DNA of 64,000 bases, from assembly GCA_951406725.2 (NCBI GenBank), contig OX597815.1, forward strand, positions 106,268,001-106,332,000, written 5' to 3'. The notes under the pieces were generated by a model. That model had not been told where the DNA came from and ran no database searches. It saw only the letters and a list, made by a program, of their open reading frames with translations. The DNA comes from Octopus vulgaris. Taxonomy: Eukaryota. The translations under genes were made by a program, and so were the position numbers. The stretch's first letter is position 1, and each line of letters starts with the position of its first letter. This document shows positions 52,822 through 64,000 of the stretch, one piece after another.

Positions 52822-53819
52822 CATCATCATCATCATCGTTTAACATCTGCTTTCTATGCTGGCATGGGTTGGACAATTTGACTGAGGGCTGGTAAGCCAG
52901 AAAGCTGGACTAGGCTCCAATCCGATCTGGCAAAGTTTCTACAGCTGGATGCCCTTCTAAATGCCAACCACTCCGAGAGTGTAGTAGGTACTTTTTACGT
53001 GCCACTGGCACAAGGGCCAGTCACGCAATACTGGCATCGACCACACTTGAATGGTGATTTTTACATGCCACCAGCACAGAAGCTAGTCAGGCGGCACAGG
53101 CAATGACTATACTTAAATGGTGTGTTTTATGTGCCACCGGCTTGGGACCAGTTAGCCAGTACTGGTACTGACCACGCTCAAATGGTGCTTTCTTGCATGC
53201 CAACAGCACAGGTGCTAATCAGGCAGTAATGTCATCAGCCACAATGACTTCACTTGACTCAACAGGTCTTCATAAGCACAGTTTATTGCCCAAGATTTGC
53301 TCTTCCAACCCACTAGTTATGCTGCACTGGCATAAGCCACGGTCTCACTTGGCTTGCCAAGTCTTCTCAAGCACAGCATATCTCCAAAGGTTTCGGTTAC
53401 TTGTCATCACCTCAGTGAGACCCAACGTTTGAAGGTTGTGCTTCACTACCTCATCCCATGGCTTCCTGGGTCTACCTTTTCCACAGGTTCCCTCTACTGC
53501 TAGAGTGTGACACTTTTTCACACAGCTGTCCTCATCCAAACACAACACATGACCATACCCGTGCAGTTGTCTCTCTTGCACACCACATCTGATGCTTCTT
53601 ATATTCAACTTTTTCCTCAGGGAGCTTACACTCTGTTGTATATGCACACTGACATTACACATCCAGCAAAGCATACTACTTCATTCCTTGCAAGCTTATG
53701 CATGTCCTCAGCAGTCACAGCCCATGTTTCACTGCCATGTAGCATTGCTGTTCACACATATGCATCATACAGTCTACTTTTTACTCTGAGCAAGAGGCCT
53801 TTTGTCATTAGCAGAGGTA
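52822..53819 (-). mobile_element. RTE-clade LINE 3' fragment with tandem ~66-bp subrepeats
   Basis: WMCNVSVHIQQSV...GYGHVLCLDEDSCVKKCHTLAVEGTCGKGRPRKPW; (cat)n tail. Confidence 0.9.
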
Positions 53820-54899
53820 ATAATGAAAATGATAGTAACACCAAAAATTGTAGCTCATTTATAAGAGCCACCATCACCTAGACTGAACATTCACATTAGT
53901 TAAAAAATGAACACATAAGGTAGATGAAGCTTTATATAAAGAGTCTTGGGTTGATAGTTATTGTAGAAGATGAGCTAAATTGTTCAGAGAAGCACAGTTA
54001 CAAAAATAAACAAAGTGCAAAACCTTCGTCCTGAATAAGCAGAAAATTGATTTGTGCACCATTTGATAGCTCAGAAAAGGGAAACTGTTTAAGTCGGTAG
54101 AGGTCTTGTTCCTCTAATGACAAAGCACTCCATTAACTCATGTGTCTTGGAGGAATGTAACCTAATTTCTGTCTATGTGTCATTACTCTACCAAAATGAC
54201 AATTCATAATGTACTGCCTAACTTAAATTGATGTATTTTAATGGTGATAGGTAGTAGATAGTAGATTTTGGTCTTTTTTCCCATGAGAATTCAATCTCCA
54301 ATTCAGATCCTCTGGGAACTGAACTAGATATTCAGGTTCAAATCACATTCAAAAACTTATTAAAATTTCCATACAAGTTCCGTATTAAAGGCATACAAAA
54401 TATGAGGGTAATAGTAACAAGCAGAAAGCCAAATTACTGCAATTGTGGTGACACTAACCTTCCTCTCTACTCATAAACATAACAAAACAAAACCCCACTG
54501 CCACCAACATCAATAACAAATCCACAACAGCAACAACTGAACAACAAGAAATAATCTATTTTTCTCATTTCTTTTCTTTTCTTCCCTAGTATTTACTCCA
54601 CTTTGTGTAAAATCTGCTTGTTTATTTATGTCAGTGAGTTGCTGCCCTAGCTAATGCATTACTCTGTTTGACATGGGAGGCCAATCACCATTAGCCAAAT
54701 CCCTAAAATCTTTTTCTACCATGTGGAGGTTGGTGATAAGAAGTGAAGATTGAACTCAGAACACAAATAGCCAGAATAGATACTACAAGCATCTTGTCTG
54801 AGAGAAGACACAACCTAGCAATTAAGACCCATTTTAGTCTTTAGACTATAGTAAGTGCATATTATCTGATTTCAAGCAAATACATGTGGCTTGCAGTAG

Positions 54900-55750
54900 G
54901 ATTTTACTGATCTGTTTACAAGGAGCAAAATACTAGAGATGGCAGATTCTCATATTTACCTCAATGATCATCTGCAACTTTTAGCAGAAGAGACAAAGTT
55001 CTGTAAGAAGCCAATTTCAGTTGCTACAATAATGACTGGGTTGAATAGCTGTGCAAGATACAAATCACAAAAATTGGATGGTCTACCCTACAAACTTAAT
55101 TACCACAGGACAGCCTTGTTCAACACATATATTGGCAGCAAGTCAGAGACATTCCCATTTGTATGAATCAAGTTGTGGTGGATGTGTTGAGGAAGGACCA
55201 AAACAAGGACATGACAATTTTAGGCCCATAACTCAGATTCAAATATTTTGGTAAAGGTTCTTACCAAAAGATTGGCACTTATCAAGCATGTAATCAGAGA
55301 TGTACAAACTCTTGAGATCCCCAGCAGACTATTCATCACAACCTTGCACCTCATACAATATACAGTAGAGAGAGTTAAGAATAGATCTTACTTTGGTCAG
55401 TTTAGATCAGGTTAAATTATTTAATGGAATCAACCTTCACTACTTGGTGACTATCCTAAATGGATTTGGATTTGATCATACTTTCAGATACTGGATTTCT
55501 AGAATATACAGTAGCATTTGTTCAATAGTTAAACTGAATCGCTACTTACTGAAACCCAGTACATGAAGAATGCATTCTCACATCTTGCCTGTATATTTTG
55601 ACATTCAAACCACTACTGTGAAAATTAGAGGGGTTGAGAAGCATCCTACTCAAATTAAGATAAAGCCTTTTCTGTGTCAACATACACAGACATTTCCATG
55701 ATGTTGTCAAGCACATCAGACATGAAAGTGGTTGGTACTTTGGTGTAAGG
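54900..55750 (+). mobile_element. Highly degraded L1/Tx1-like reverse transcriptase fragment
   Basis: KSQKLDGLPY (SPGxDGLP), DNFRPIT (NWRPIT), ILVKVLTKRL remnants across broken frames. Confidence 0.55.
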
Positions 55751-55920
55751 CTCACTCAGAGATGAGCTGAGAAGCTGTCACTGAAAGGTTAAGAGGATGA
55801 GGCTAACATTCGTGATATTACAATTTTTTTCAACAACCACATTATTGAAATATATCATGATGAATTTCATGTTTCAAAACATTGCTTACTTTTTACTCAG
55901 CGAAATATATATATATATAT

Positions 55921-57270
55921 ACTAGCAAACACACCCATCCTTTGGATGGTTTAAGGTGCTTTGGTGGTATTTTTTTCACCAAATAATTGAACTACCGAGG
56001 TTTATGAGTAGCACGGCAATCTAGGTTTCCGATTAACCTAGGAACGGAAAATCAAATTGAAGGCTGGTTATTGTAGAGACTGTTGCACTTTAATGATCAT
56101 AGAACATATAAGTTTGCAAGCAATGCAAAGTTGAGCTTCTGAAGTGTTTGGGGAGTAGATTACAGATAATGACTACAAAATATAGTTGTTTTACATGAAA
56201 GAGAAATTTCTTGTTAAAAACAGCCACATAGATGGTGTAAGGAAATTGAAGGAAGACTTAGAAACTTCCCCTCTGTGAGTTTATTTTATTCAACGGCAAC
56301 AGGAGCTACATGTTTGGAGAGATATGCTAACAAAAGCCCCTTTATTCTCTCTTCCCACATAGCCTGCGTATAAACTAACAGTGACTGCTGCATAAAGTTA
56401 AATTGGTATGGAGCTTTCTGAAAGATACGTACAGCTTTAGCTAGTAGAAGCAAAACTCTTATTTAAAGGTTGATTGTTTGGGACAAATCATATGTGATTG
56501 TTTAAAAAAAGGCTAGAACGACAATGCTAAGACATATTTGAAACAATGGGCAACAGCCGAAATATCATAATGGATGAGTAAATAAGCATTCTTAAAGTGA
56601 CACAACGCATTGATAGGTAAACAAAGGTTTCAACAAATAGAAGAAAGGGAAGGGAACCTTTCAAGTAACTAAGAATAGGTAAAAAAAGGTAAGCTTGCCA
56701 AGGTTTAATGCAGTTTAAATATGGAAATCAAGATTGTTTGGTATTGGATATTGATTGCATATAGTGTTCTTAGTCAATTTAATCACCGTGGCAAGTGGAC
56801 AGTGGAAATAAATAGACAAAATCCTTTCACTTTTATAAAAAGATTTTAAAAGTATGGAAGACACTACATACAAAAAACTATGTCCATTTACATGAGAGCT
56901 CTGGGCAAAATGTTATAGTGCATGACCATCCTTGGAGTTGATGTAAGCACATGCTAAAACTCTTCATAACTTTTTTATTTTTACGAATTTTTACAAAATT
57001 TTGTCAATTCTGTCTTCTGCATAATGGAATTGATACGAGTATGCAAAAATTTTTTTTCTTTTAAATTCTAACCCCCACCCGACATGATTTTTTTTTTTTT
57101 TTTATAATTCGTGGTTTTAAAATTCAGACAGTCCAAATCTACCATTAGCTTCTCTTTATAATTTCCAAATAATTTTTTAAATACTTCAAAACCAAAATTG
57201 CATAAATATGTGTGCCAGAAACAGTAGTTAAAAATGAAGGAAATAGACTTTTGTTCCATTATTCTAATAT
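55921..57270 (+). mobile_element. Probable Helitron/Helentron-related non-autonomous repeats between two (TA)n tracts
   Basis: Starts actagca..ccc after (TA)n; internal end ttttataaaaagat at ~56843; pattern recognition only. Confidence 0.35.
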
Positions 57271-57351
57271 CTTCTGAAACTTATACACATATATGTATAA
57301 ATACATACAGAAATATATATAAATATACTCATACACATACATTTTTACAGA

Positions 57352-57399
<48 letters not shown>

Positions 57400-57514
57400 A
57401 CCAGCACAGGAGACAGTCAGAGGGCACTGGCATCGACCACGTTCAGATAATGCATTTTATGTACCACTGGAACAGGAGCCAGTCAGAGGCACTGGCCGCA
57501 ACCACAACATGCAA

Positions 57515-58113
57515 CCAAGTGAATACTTTGAACACCTTGCTTCTCTGGACATAGATACATTGAAGCGCCAACGTTTAGTAAACTGACTTAGTAAACACCC
57601 AACTTAGTAAATTATTAACCATCACACCAACAATCATATTGAGCACCTTTTTCAGCTCCATGTATGGGTGCAAGCATTCCCTTTCCATACCATTAATGCT
57701 TATTCAAAGAAAAAGACAGCTTTGCATCTGTGTTGTCACAGGTATAGCTGTTGGAATGCAAAGAGCCAGAAAAGAAACTACAAAACATGCCTACAAAGTC
57801 AGAAAACAGCACAACTCCCATGACTTTCAGAAACATTTTTTCACATTCAAAGTTGCTGAAGCATGGAACAAACTACCTGCATCAGTTGTTAGTTGCTGAG
57901 ACATTGCATCCTTTAAAACTTCCATGCTTCCTGAAATTTGCCAACACTACACCTGATATCCCCCCTCCATACACAAACACACATGTATATCATGATTCAT
58001 ACACTGTCCACTTTCCTGACTTTTGTACATAATTCTATGTACTGTACATGCACCTTTGATGAGTTGTAGTGCACCTGAGCACTATACACAATAATTTCAT
58101 TATTATTATTATT
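57515..58113 (+). mobile_element. CR1-like LINE 3' fragment with a 121-bp foreign insert
   Basis: HLASLDIDTLKRQRLV...HAYKVRKQHNSHDFQKHFFTFKVAEAWNKLPASVV; (tta)n tail; insert at 57663-57783. Confidence 0.85.
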
Positions 58114-60724
58114 ATATGGATGACAATATTTTCAACCAAGACATTACAACTGTATTTGATTGTTCAAATGTTTCAATTCTGTGTATGTATATATATTTAC
58201 TAAATTGCTGAAATTCATCAATGGTTTCTCCCATTGTTTTGATGGGCCATTTTCTATCATTAATAAAACTGTCAGTATCTTTGAAAACATAGGTTTGTTA
58301 GTAAGGTTAGAAATTTTTTTGACATTTTAACTAAGTCAACTTAATAAATCAATTTACTGAGTCATGTAATGTAAGATAAGGGGTTGTAGCATTAAACTCA
58401 ATTGTTCTTATAGTAGCTAAGGACAAATGATAATGAGCTAGTAAGTATAGAATATTGATTTTTCCCATTACATTTAATGTTAAATAGGACATTTTTTGGT
58501 CAAAGTTGACCTGTGCATCTGCACATGCTAGGGTAAAAATTAGTTCTTTTATTTTTGAGGAAGACTGACCATCACCTGTGGATGCAAGCTTTCCCTTTCC
58601 ATACCATCAATGCTTATTTAATAAAACAGACAGCCTGGCATCTGTTTTGTCACAGGTGTAGCTGTTGGAATGCAAAGAGCCAGAAAAGAAACTACAAGAA
58701 ATTTCACCCAATCCTCTAATAGTTCCACTAATCCACCATTTTGGTTTAGTACTTTTTTATTGACTCCAAAAGAATGGAAGTTAAAGTTGATCCTGGTGAG
58801 ATTTGAACTCGTAGCACAGAGGGACAGAGTAAATCTCATGAAGTAATCTATCCAATTTAATGTTAATTAAATAATGTCATTACAAACTAGAAATATAATA
58901 CAAGTCAGGAAAACAAATGAACTAAAAAGAGTTGAAATATAAAACAATTATTTTGATTATCAGCAATAATAAGCAGGTTAAAATTTGAAAGCCAAATGTT
59001 CAAAATAAAGTACTGCTTTCTTTTTTCAAACTCTTATCATACCTACTATGAGTGTGAAGCAAAACTTCAAAGAACAAATATAAAAGGATATGATAATCTT
59101 CTATGTGTATTTGAAAACTTTGGTACAACAAACAGCTTCTCTTGGTTGTAAAATATACAATGGGCTTCTTTCATTCAGTTTCCATCTACCAAATCCAGTC
59201 ACAAGGCTTTGGTCAGCCCAGGATTATAATAGAAGACACTTGGCCAGGGGTACCATGCAGTGGACTAAACCCTGAACCATGTGGTTGGAAAGCAAGCTTT
59301 TTACCACACAGACACACTTGCATAATGCTTTTGTTTTTAATAATTTACATTCATCCCAGCATGGCTTATAGTTAGGGCTTTTGTTGATTTATACATTTAT
59401 TTTTGGATCAAAATCTTTAACAACCACATCCAATTCCTACTTCCAAGTGTAGCAAAGGAGTGCTACCTGATTTTCAGCCAAGCATGTTCAGGGTTTTGGA
59501 CCTCCAGAAATGCAATACATTGAATTATTAACCTTATTAACTGCATTCCTAAAAACAAGCTTTCCACTTCAGTACTAGAATGTTGCCAATGAACAAATGC
59601 TGTCTCAAGTAAAACCCACATCTGAAACTATGATGCTGCTTATATACACAAACATTGTAGACCTCATCCAAAAGGCCATCCAGCTGATTGCAAATACTCA
59701 CTCAACAAGATATTGGATTCTCAGACCTTCAGATACTTTTATTTTAAGTTCACATTTCTCTTTATAGACAACCAGTCAATGAGGGGAACACCTATATGGT
59801 TAAAATTAAGAATCAAATCTGCAAATCACATCCTACTGTCTTAAAGAGAATCCAGAATAATGTAGACCTTAAAAAAAATTAGACAATCTTATCATGAATG
59901 CTTTTAATCAAATTTCTGGTTAATCAGAACTCATCTAGGGCTACACAACAACAATCTTATAGACATATATCACATCATTACTCTTCAAAGTTGCATTTCA
60001 TTTAGTAGCTTTCCTGTGTACATTTTCTACAATAATTTAATTCTTGATGAAATATAGTCTCCAAATGACATTAACATATGTCAGTTACTGCCTTCACTTC
60101 AGTAGAATTTATTTTATAAATAAATAAACACTTATCGGACAATGCAATATTTCTCTGCTGTCACTAATAAGTTGAACTGATGTTTATTAGACAAACAGCA
60201 CTACTCTTTGCTCATGACAAAAGAGGAAAGTGAGCCCTCACATATTCTTTGCAGGCTGGTGAAAGTGATATAGTTGAAATTCAAACTGATGTTTGCATGA
60301 TAAAATTGGTAAAAGGAGTCGTTCAAGAGTGTTTCTTGGGACAAAAAGATTGCATGAAATGTTTACTGTGAGGTTTAAAACACTTTAAGAGTGATGAGAA
60401 AAGGTAAGATGGGAGGTTCAAATGAATTAGGTGGCAGACATATGCAACAAGCTAGTTCAGAGGAGGAGGATATTGTAATGGAAAGAATAGTGAGGAAATA
60501 GTATGTCTCTGAGCCAGTGTTTGTTGCATATTGATGAGTAGGTCTTTTGCCAATCAGTTGAATGTCTTTTTCTTTAATATGGTGTAAAATGTCAGTGCAT
60601 AATAGCAGCACCATCCAGCAACGGAAGCAGCACTCTAATGTCTAATATAAAACATAAAGCTTGATGATTAACAATATAATTTTTTGTTAATGGAAGAAGG
60701 AAAACAGATGAAATGCTTTTTTAC

Positions 60725-60867
60725 CTTTCACAGCGATCATGGTGATATGTTGGAGCAATATGGGGTGAAAATACACTGAAGATGTTTGAGAACTGAGAGA
60801 GGAAGGCTCGGATGCTGTCTGCCCAACTTGGGGACGCATAGGAAAATGTGTATTCAGCTGAATCCAT
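60725..60867 (-). CDS. TMEM181: TMEM181 first coding exon, long isoform (MDSAEYTFSYASPSWADSIRAFLSQFSNIFSVFSPHIAPTYHHDRCE-R)
   Basis: Phase 2 gtaaaa donor joins 45839 to give IAPTYHHDRCERSVQMRLY, the N-terminus I recall from invertebrate TMEM181; in-frame TGA upstream; exon acceptor at 60926. Confidence 0.92.
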
Positions 60868-62240
60868 GGGAAGAAATCAAGAAACAGTGCAAGGGAGTAA
60901 AAATGAAAACACTGCTTCTAATTTACCTGTAAAAGTAAAAAAAAAGAAAAAAAAGAATGAAACTCTTCTAGAATCAAGTGTAAAAGAATGGAGCCAATAC
61001 TCTATGTGTGTGTGTGTGTGGCTCCGTACATGCATGTTTGCACATGAAGATAGATATACATACATATAATACAACCATGCTAGCATGGGAAAATGGACAT
61101 GTCTGAATGCGTGTGTGTGTGTGTGTAAAATAGCCATGTACTTCACAAGGCCCATCTAAACGATTTTCCCACTGGACATGTTGTTTAATTAAAAATTAGA
61201 CCTTAATAAAAGCTTGAATGAAATATAAAACGCAAAGGAAAAATCCAGAAAATACTGACAGATGGTGATGTCTATCTATCACCTAAGATCTACGTACAAA
61301 TTAAAAAGGAAATTTATTTGAAATACATACATAATTTTTATTTTCATTCTCTTTTATACTCGTTGCATCATATTAAGACGTATTTGTCTATTGAGATTTA
61401 TTACTGTCTTTACAAATAACTAATTGTTCTTGGTTAATCGATTTCACTTTAAAATGCTGGTAACATATGTAAACCATAGGAAGAAAATAAATATACGTAA
61501 ATTAAAAAAAAAAACGAAAACTCTTCTTATCTCATTCAATCCATGTAGTCTACCAAAATATTGACCTCTTTTTCATTTATATTTTAATCAAGGGAAAGAC
61601 AAACAGTGCTTACGGCCTTTCCAGACCCTTAATACAATTGATGTTCAAGATGCATTTCGTAATTTGATGTTCGTAGGGAAAACATGGACCTGGAGGGGAG
61701 AGTTGTAAGGAGTTGTTGTTCACTTGACGGGGAAAAGATTTTACTAAGTATTGTAAGAGGTTTTCTTTCTTTTCCTTTTCTTTTTTATGTTCATGGGAGT
61801 TAGTCAATGTAATGATGATGTGCAATGATGGTCAAAAACAGCAAAAAGGGCCGGGATTAAAGAAAGATTACTTTAGGTAATTGTGCATACATAAAAGAGA
61901 TCCCCACACTTCCGGCAAATAAGGGCAAGAAAAACATCTCGAAAAAACATCTACGTTATGGGCCACCATAAACCCTAAACCAATCTTGATTGCTATTATA
62001 CACCTTTCACATTAAAATTACAACTAAGAAATGATGATGATGGTAATGGAAGAGGTGATTACAGAATGATTATAAACTAGCTAGAACAACATAAGGCGAA
62101 GTGTATTAATGTCATAAAATGCCGGTTTCGTTTCACTTCGTTGTTTTGCTTTCTGTTTTAATCTGTTTTATATTCACATACATCAACAATATATATATAT
62201 ATATATATTATATAATTATTTTTAAAATAATAAAACTCAC

Positions 62241-62380
62241 GTCCACCAAGCATGGAATCTGGTTTTGGGACAATGTTCGGTAGATCAGCTTCATTGTGGA
62301 GGAAAGACACCGTTTACAAATTCGTAGTTTCACTTTCGTATGAATATCTTCAGCAGATCAATAACATATAAACAGTCTCC
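62241..62380 (-). other. TMEM181: Probable non-coding first exon of the long TMEM181 transcript, containing uORF starts (upstream boundary unknown)
   Basis: gtgagt donor at 62240-62235, CpG-enriched region; the exon starting at 60926 has a strong acceptor and needs an upstream donor. Confidence 0.6.
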
Positions 62381-64000
62381 GGTAATCTATCAAAAACTAA
62401 CAAAACAACTCACTTTACTTTCTTTAAAAAGTGTTCGATTTTATTTTCTTAATAACGCTTGCGAAGCAAATACTATTAGATCATGTTTACACAGATTTAC
62501 ATATATATAATGTAATGTTATAGAATAATATCATAAACATATGTGCACGTGTGTATGTATATATGTATATGTAAATGAATAGTTATTTGAGCTATAGAGA
62601 TCAGAGGTACTATACACATTAAATACAATACAAACTATTGTGGATCGATTTAATTTGACTGAATCAATTATGTGTGTGTGTACACATACAAACAAGCAAA
62701 AAAAGTCATGTGCACGTGCATATATATATCTGTGTATACATATAGGTATACACGCATAGAGTGAGAGAGAAGTCGTGTGTATGTGTTTTGTACGTACAAA
62801 ATAAGATGACAGAAATAATATTTATTCGAATATTGAAGGTATAGCTACTTAAATACTAAATTTTTTATTGAAGCTGATTGTTTATGTGAAACTCGGAGTA
62901 ACAGTCTGAAGTTTATGATGAACAATCATTCTCACCTCATCCCCTTTTTTATGAGTTTCAACAAGAGATTAAAAGATTACAAGGTTACGATTTTTTATCT
63001 TTTACTTGTTTTTGTCAAATTTTTAATTTCTCCCCCACTACAGCTCATTTTGTAAAACTTTTTATTCGAAAATTTGTTCCAATTTTCAATTTCATAAAAA
63101 TTCAAGGTAATTACCATTCAGAAAGTCCCACTGGTTGCTGGTTACTGCTCATACCTGGTCTAGAAGTTACTAAACCAGCCCGTTTTAATGACGAGTGCGT
63201 GGATGAATACTGAACTACAAACATCAGATGATATAGAAAGCGGGCCTTAGTATGGTCGCTCATCCTGCTAGAAATAACTGTCAAATCTCTCTCAAACTAC
63301 ACATCTCAAAGGAAGGACACATTGAACAATACAGTCCAAGATACACAAAAAAATTTTTTAAAAGACGTGATTACGATTTTGAAAAAATGTTATTCAAAAT
63401 TTCAGGGTTTTTCTCTTTAAATCACATCCTTCCCTAACTTTCCACATAAATGAAATTAGAATTTAACAGAATTTACGTCGACACAATTCTTTCTTGGCCA
63501 GAACAAGTTTATACATCATCTCAGTTCTATTAAACATAGTAATTTGTCAGCTCCTTTTTCATCATTCATGGGCCCGTACTGGTCGGGGGGAGGCCCCTCA
63601 GAAACACTGTATTAGCACATTGTAAACATTCAATATTACACTACCAGCAGCTTCTCAACCTTCTTTTGATCGATACAGAAATGTTTTCTATAGATTGTTA
63701 TAGAATTTCAATATAGCCCTGAAAAGTAATTTAATATATAAGTCGCATATCTGAATTTTCAAAATTATTTTATTACAGGAAGTGTACTGACTAAGGCAAC
63801 TGATTTGGTCAGAGACTGTGTTGGGACTAAAACGATTGCGACGTGGAAGATACATTAGCCATTAAAAAACGCATAGAGACTTCACTTAAACATATATTGT
63901 TATTCTCAAAATTTTTGTCACGCGAACTGCGACCTGGTCACTGACAAGATTACAAGATCGCACTAAATCCTTGTTTGTCTTAGTAGATGTGTCTTCACAG

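Noticed and set aside
52985-53220. CRISPR-like repeat/spacer appearance of regularly spaced gtgctttttacgtgccac motifs
   Set aside because: Spacers are homologous to each other, arrays sit inside RTE 3'UTRs, context is eukaryotic and no cas genes are present
59390-60620. ORF 60375..60614 and nearby GC-richer blocks as extra exons
   Set aside because: No TMEM181 similarity, not needed for phase; look like decayed LINE sequence
62252-62371. Short + strand ORF MESGFGTMFGRSAS...
   Set aside because: 39 codons, no recognisable family and no splice donor; region is better explained by the - strand exon

Overview
Eukaryotic, AT-rich, repeat-dense genomic DNA. The repeat landscape (tRNA-derived SINEs, RTE LINE 3' ends with (GAT)n tails, CR1-like LINEs, many microsatellites) suggests an octopus or other coleoid cephalopod; that assignment is inference from recall, not a search. 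Two genes converge. On the + strand are the last two coding exons of a divergent dynein heavy chain-like gene (2869-3030, 5852-6148). On the - strand is a complete TMEM181 gene that I reconstructed by hand: 13 shared exons from 45839 down to the stop at 12029, all GT-AG and phase-consistent. It has two mutually exclusive first coding exons, a long MDSAEY...HHDRCE exon at 60725-60867 (about 533 aa protein) and a 23-nt MAPREIE exon at 49490-49512 (about 493 aa), plus a probable 5'UTR exon ending at 62241. The introns hold a near-intact DD34D mariner, RTE/CR1/Tx1 LINE fragments, SINEs and MITEs with readable target-site duplications. The most notable structures are a ~155-bp-arm fold-back palindrome just downstream of the dynein stop, recurrent tail-outward inverted RTE pairs, uORFs and an AG|GT junction ahead of the long TMEM181 isoform, and a 121-bp templated insertion. 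I found no prokaryotic-type system and no clearly novel multi-gene system. Repeat boundaries are approximate unless a TSD or TIR is cited.
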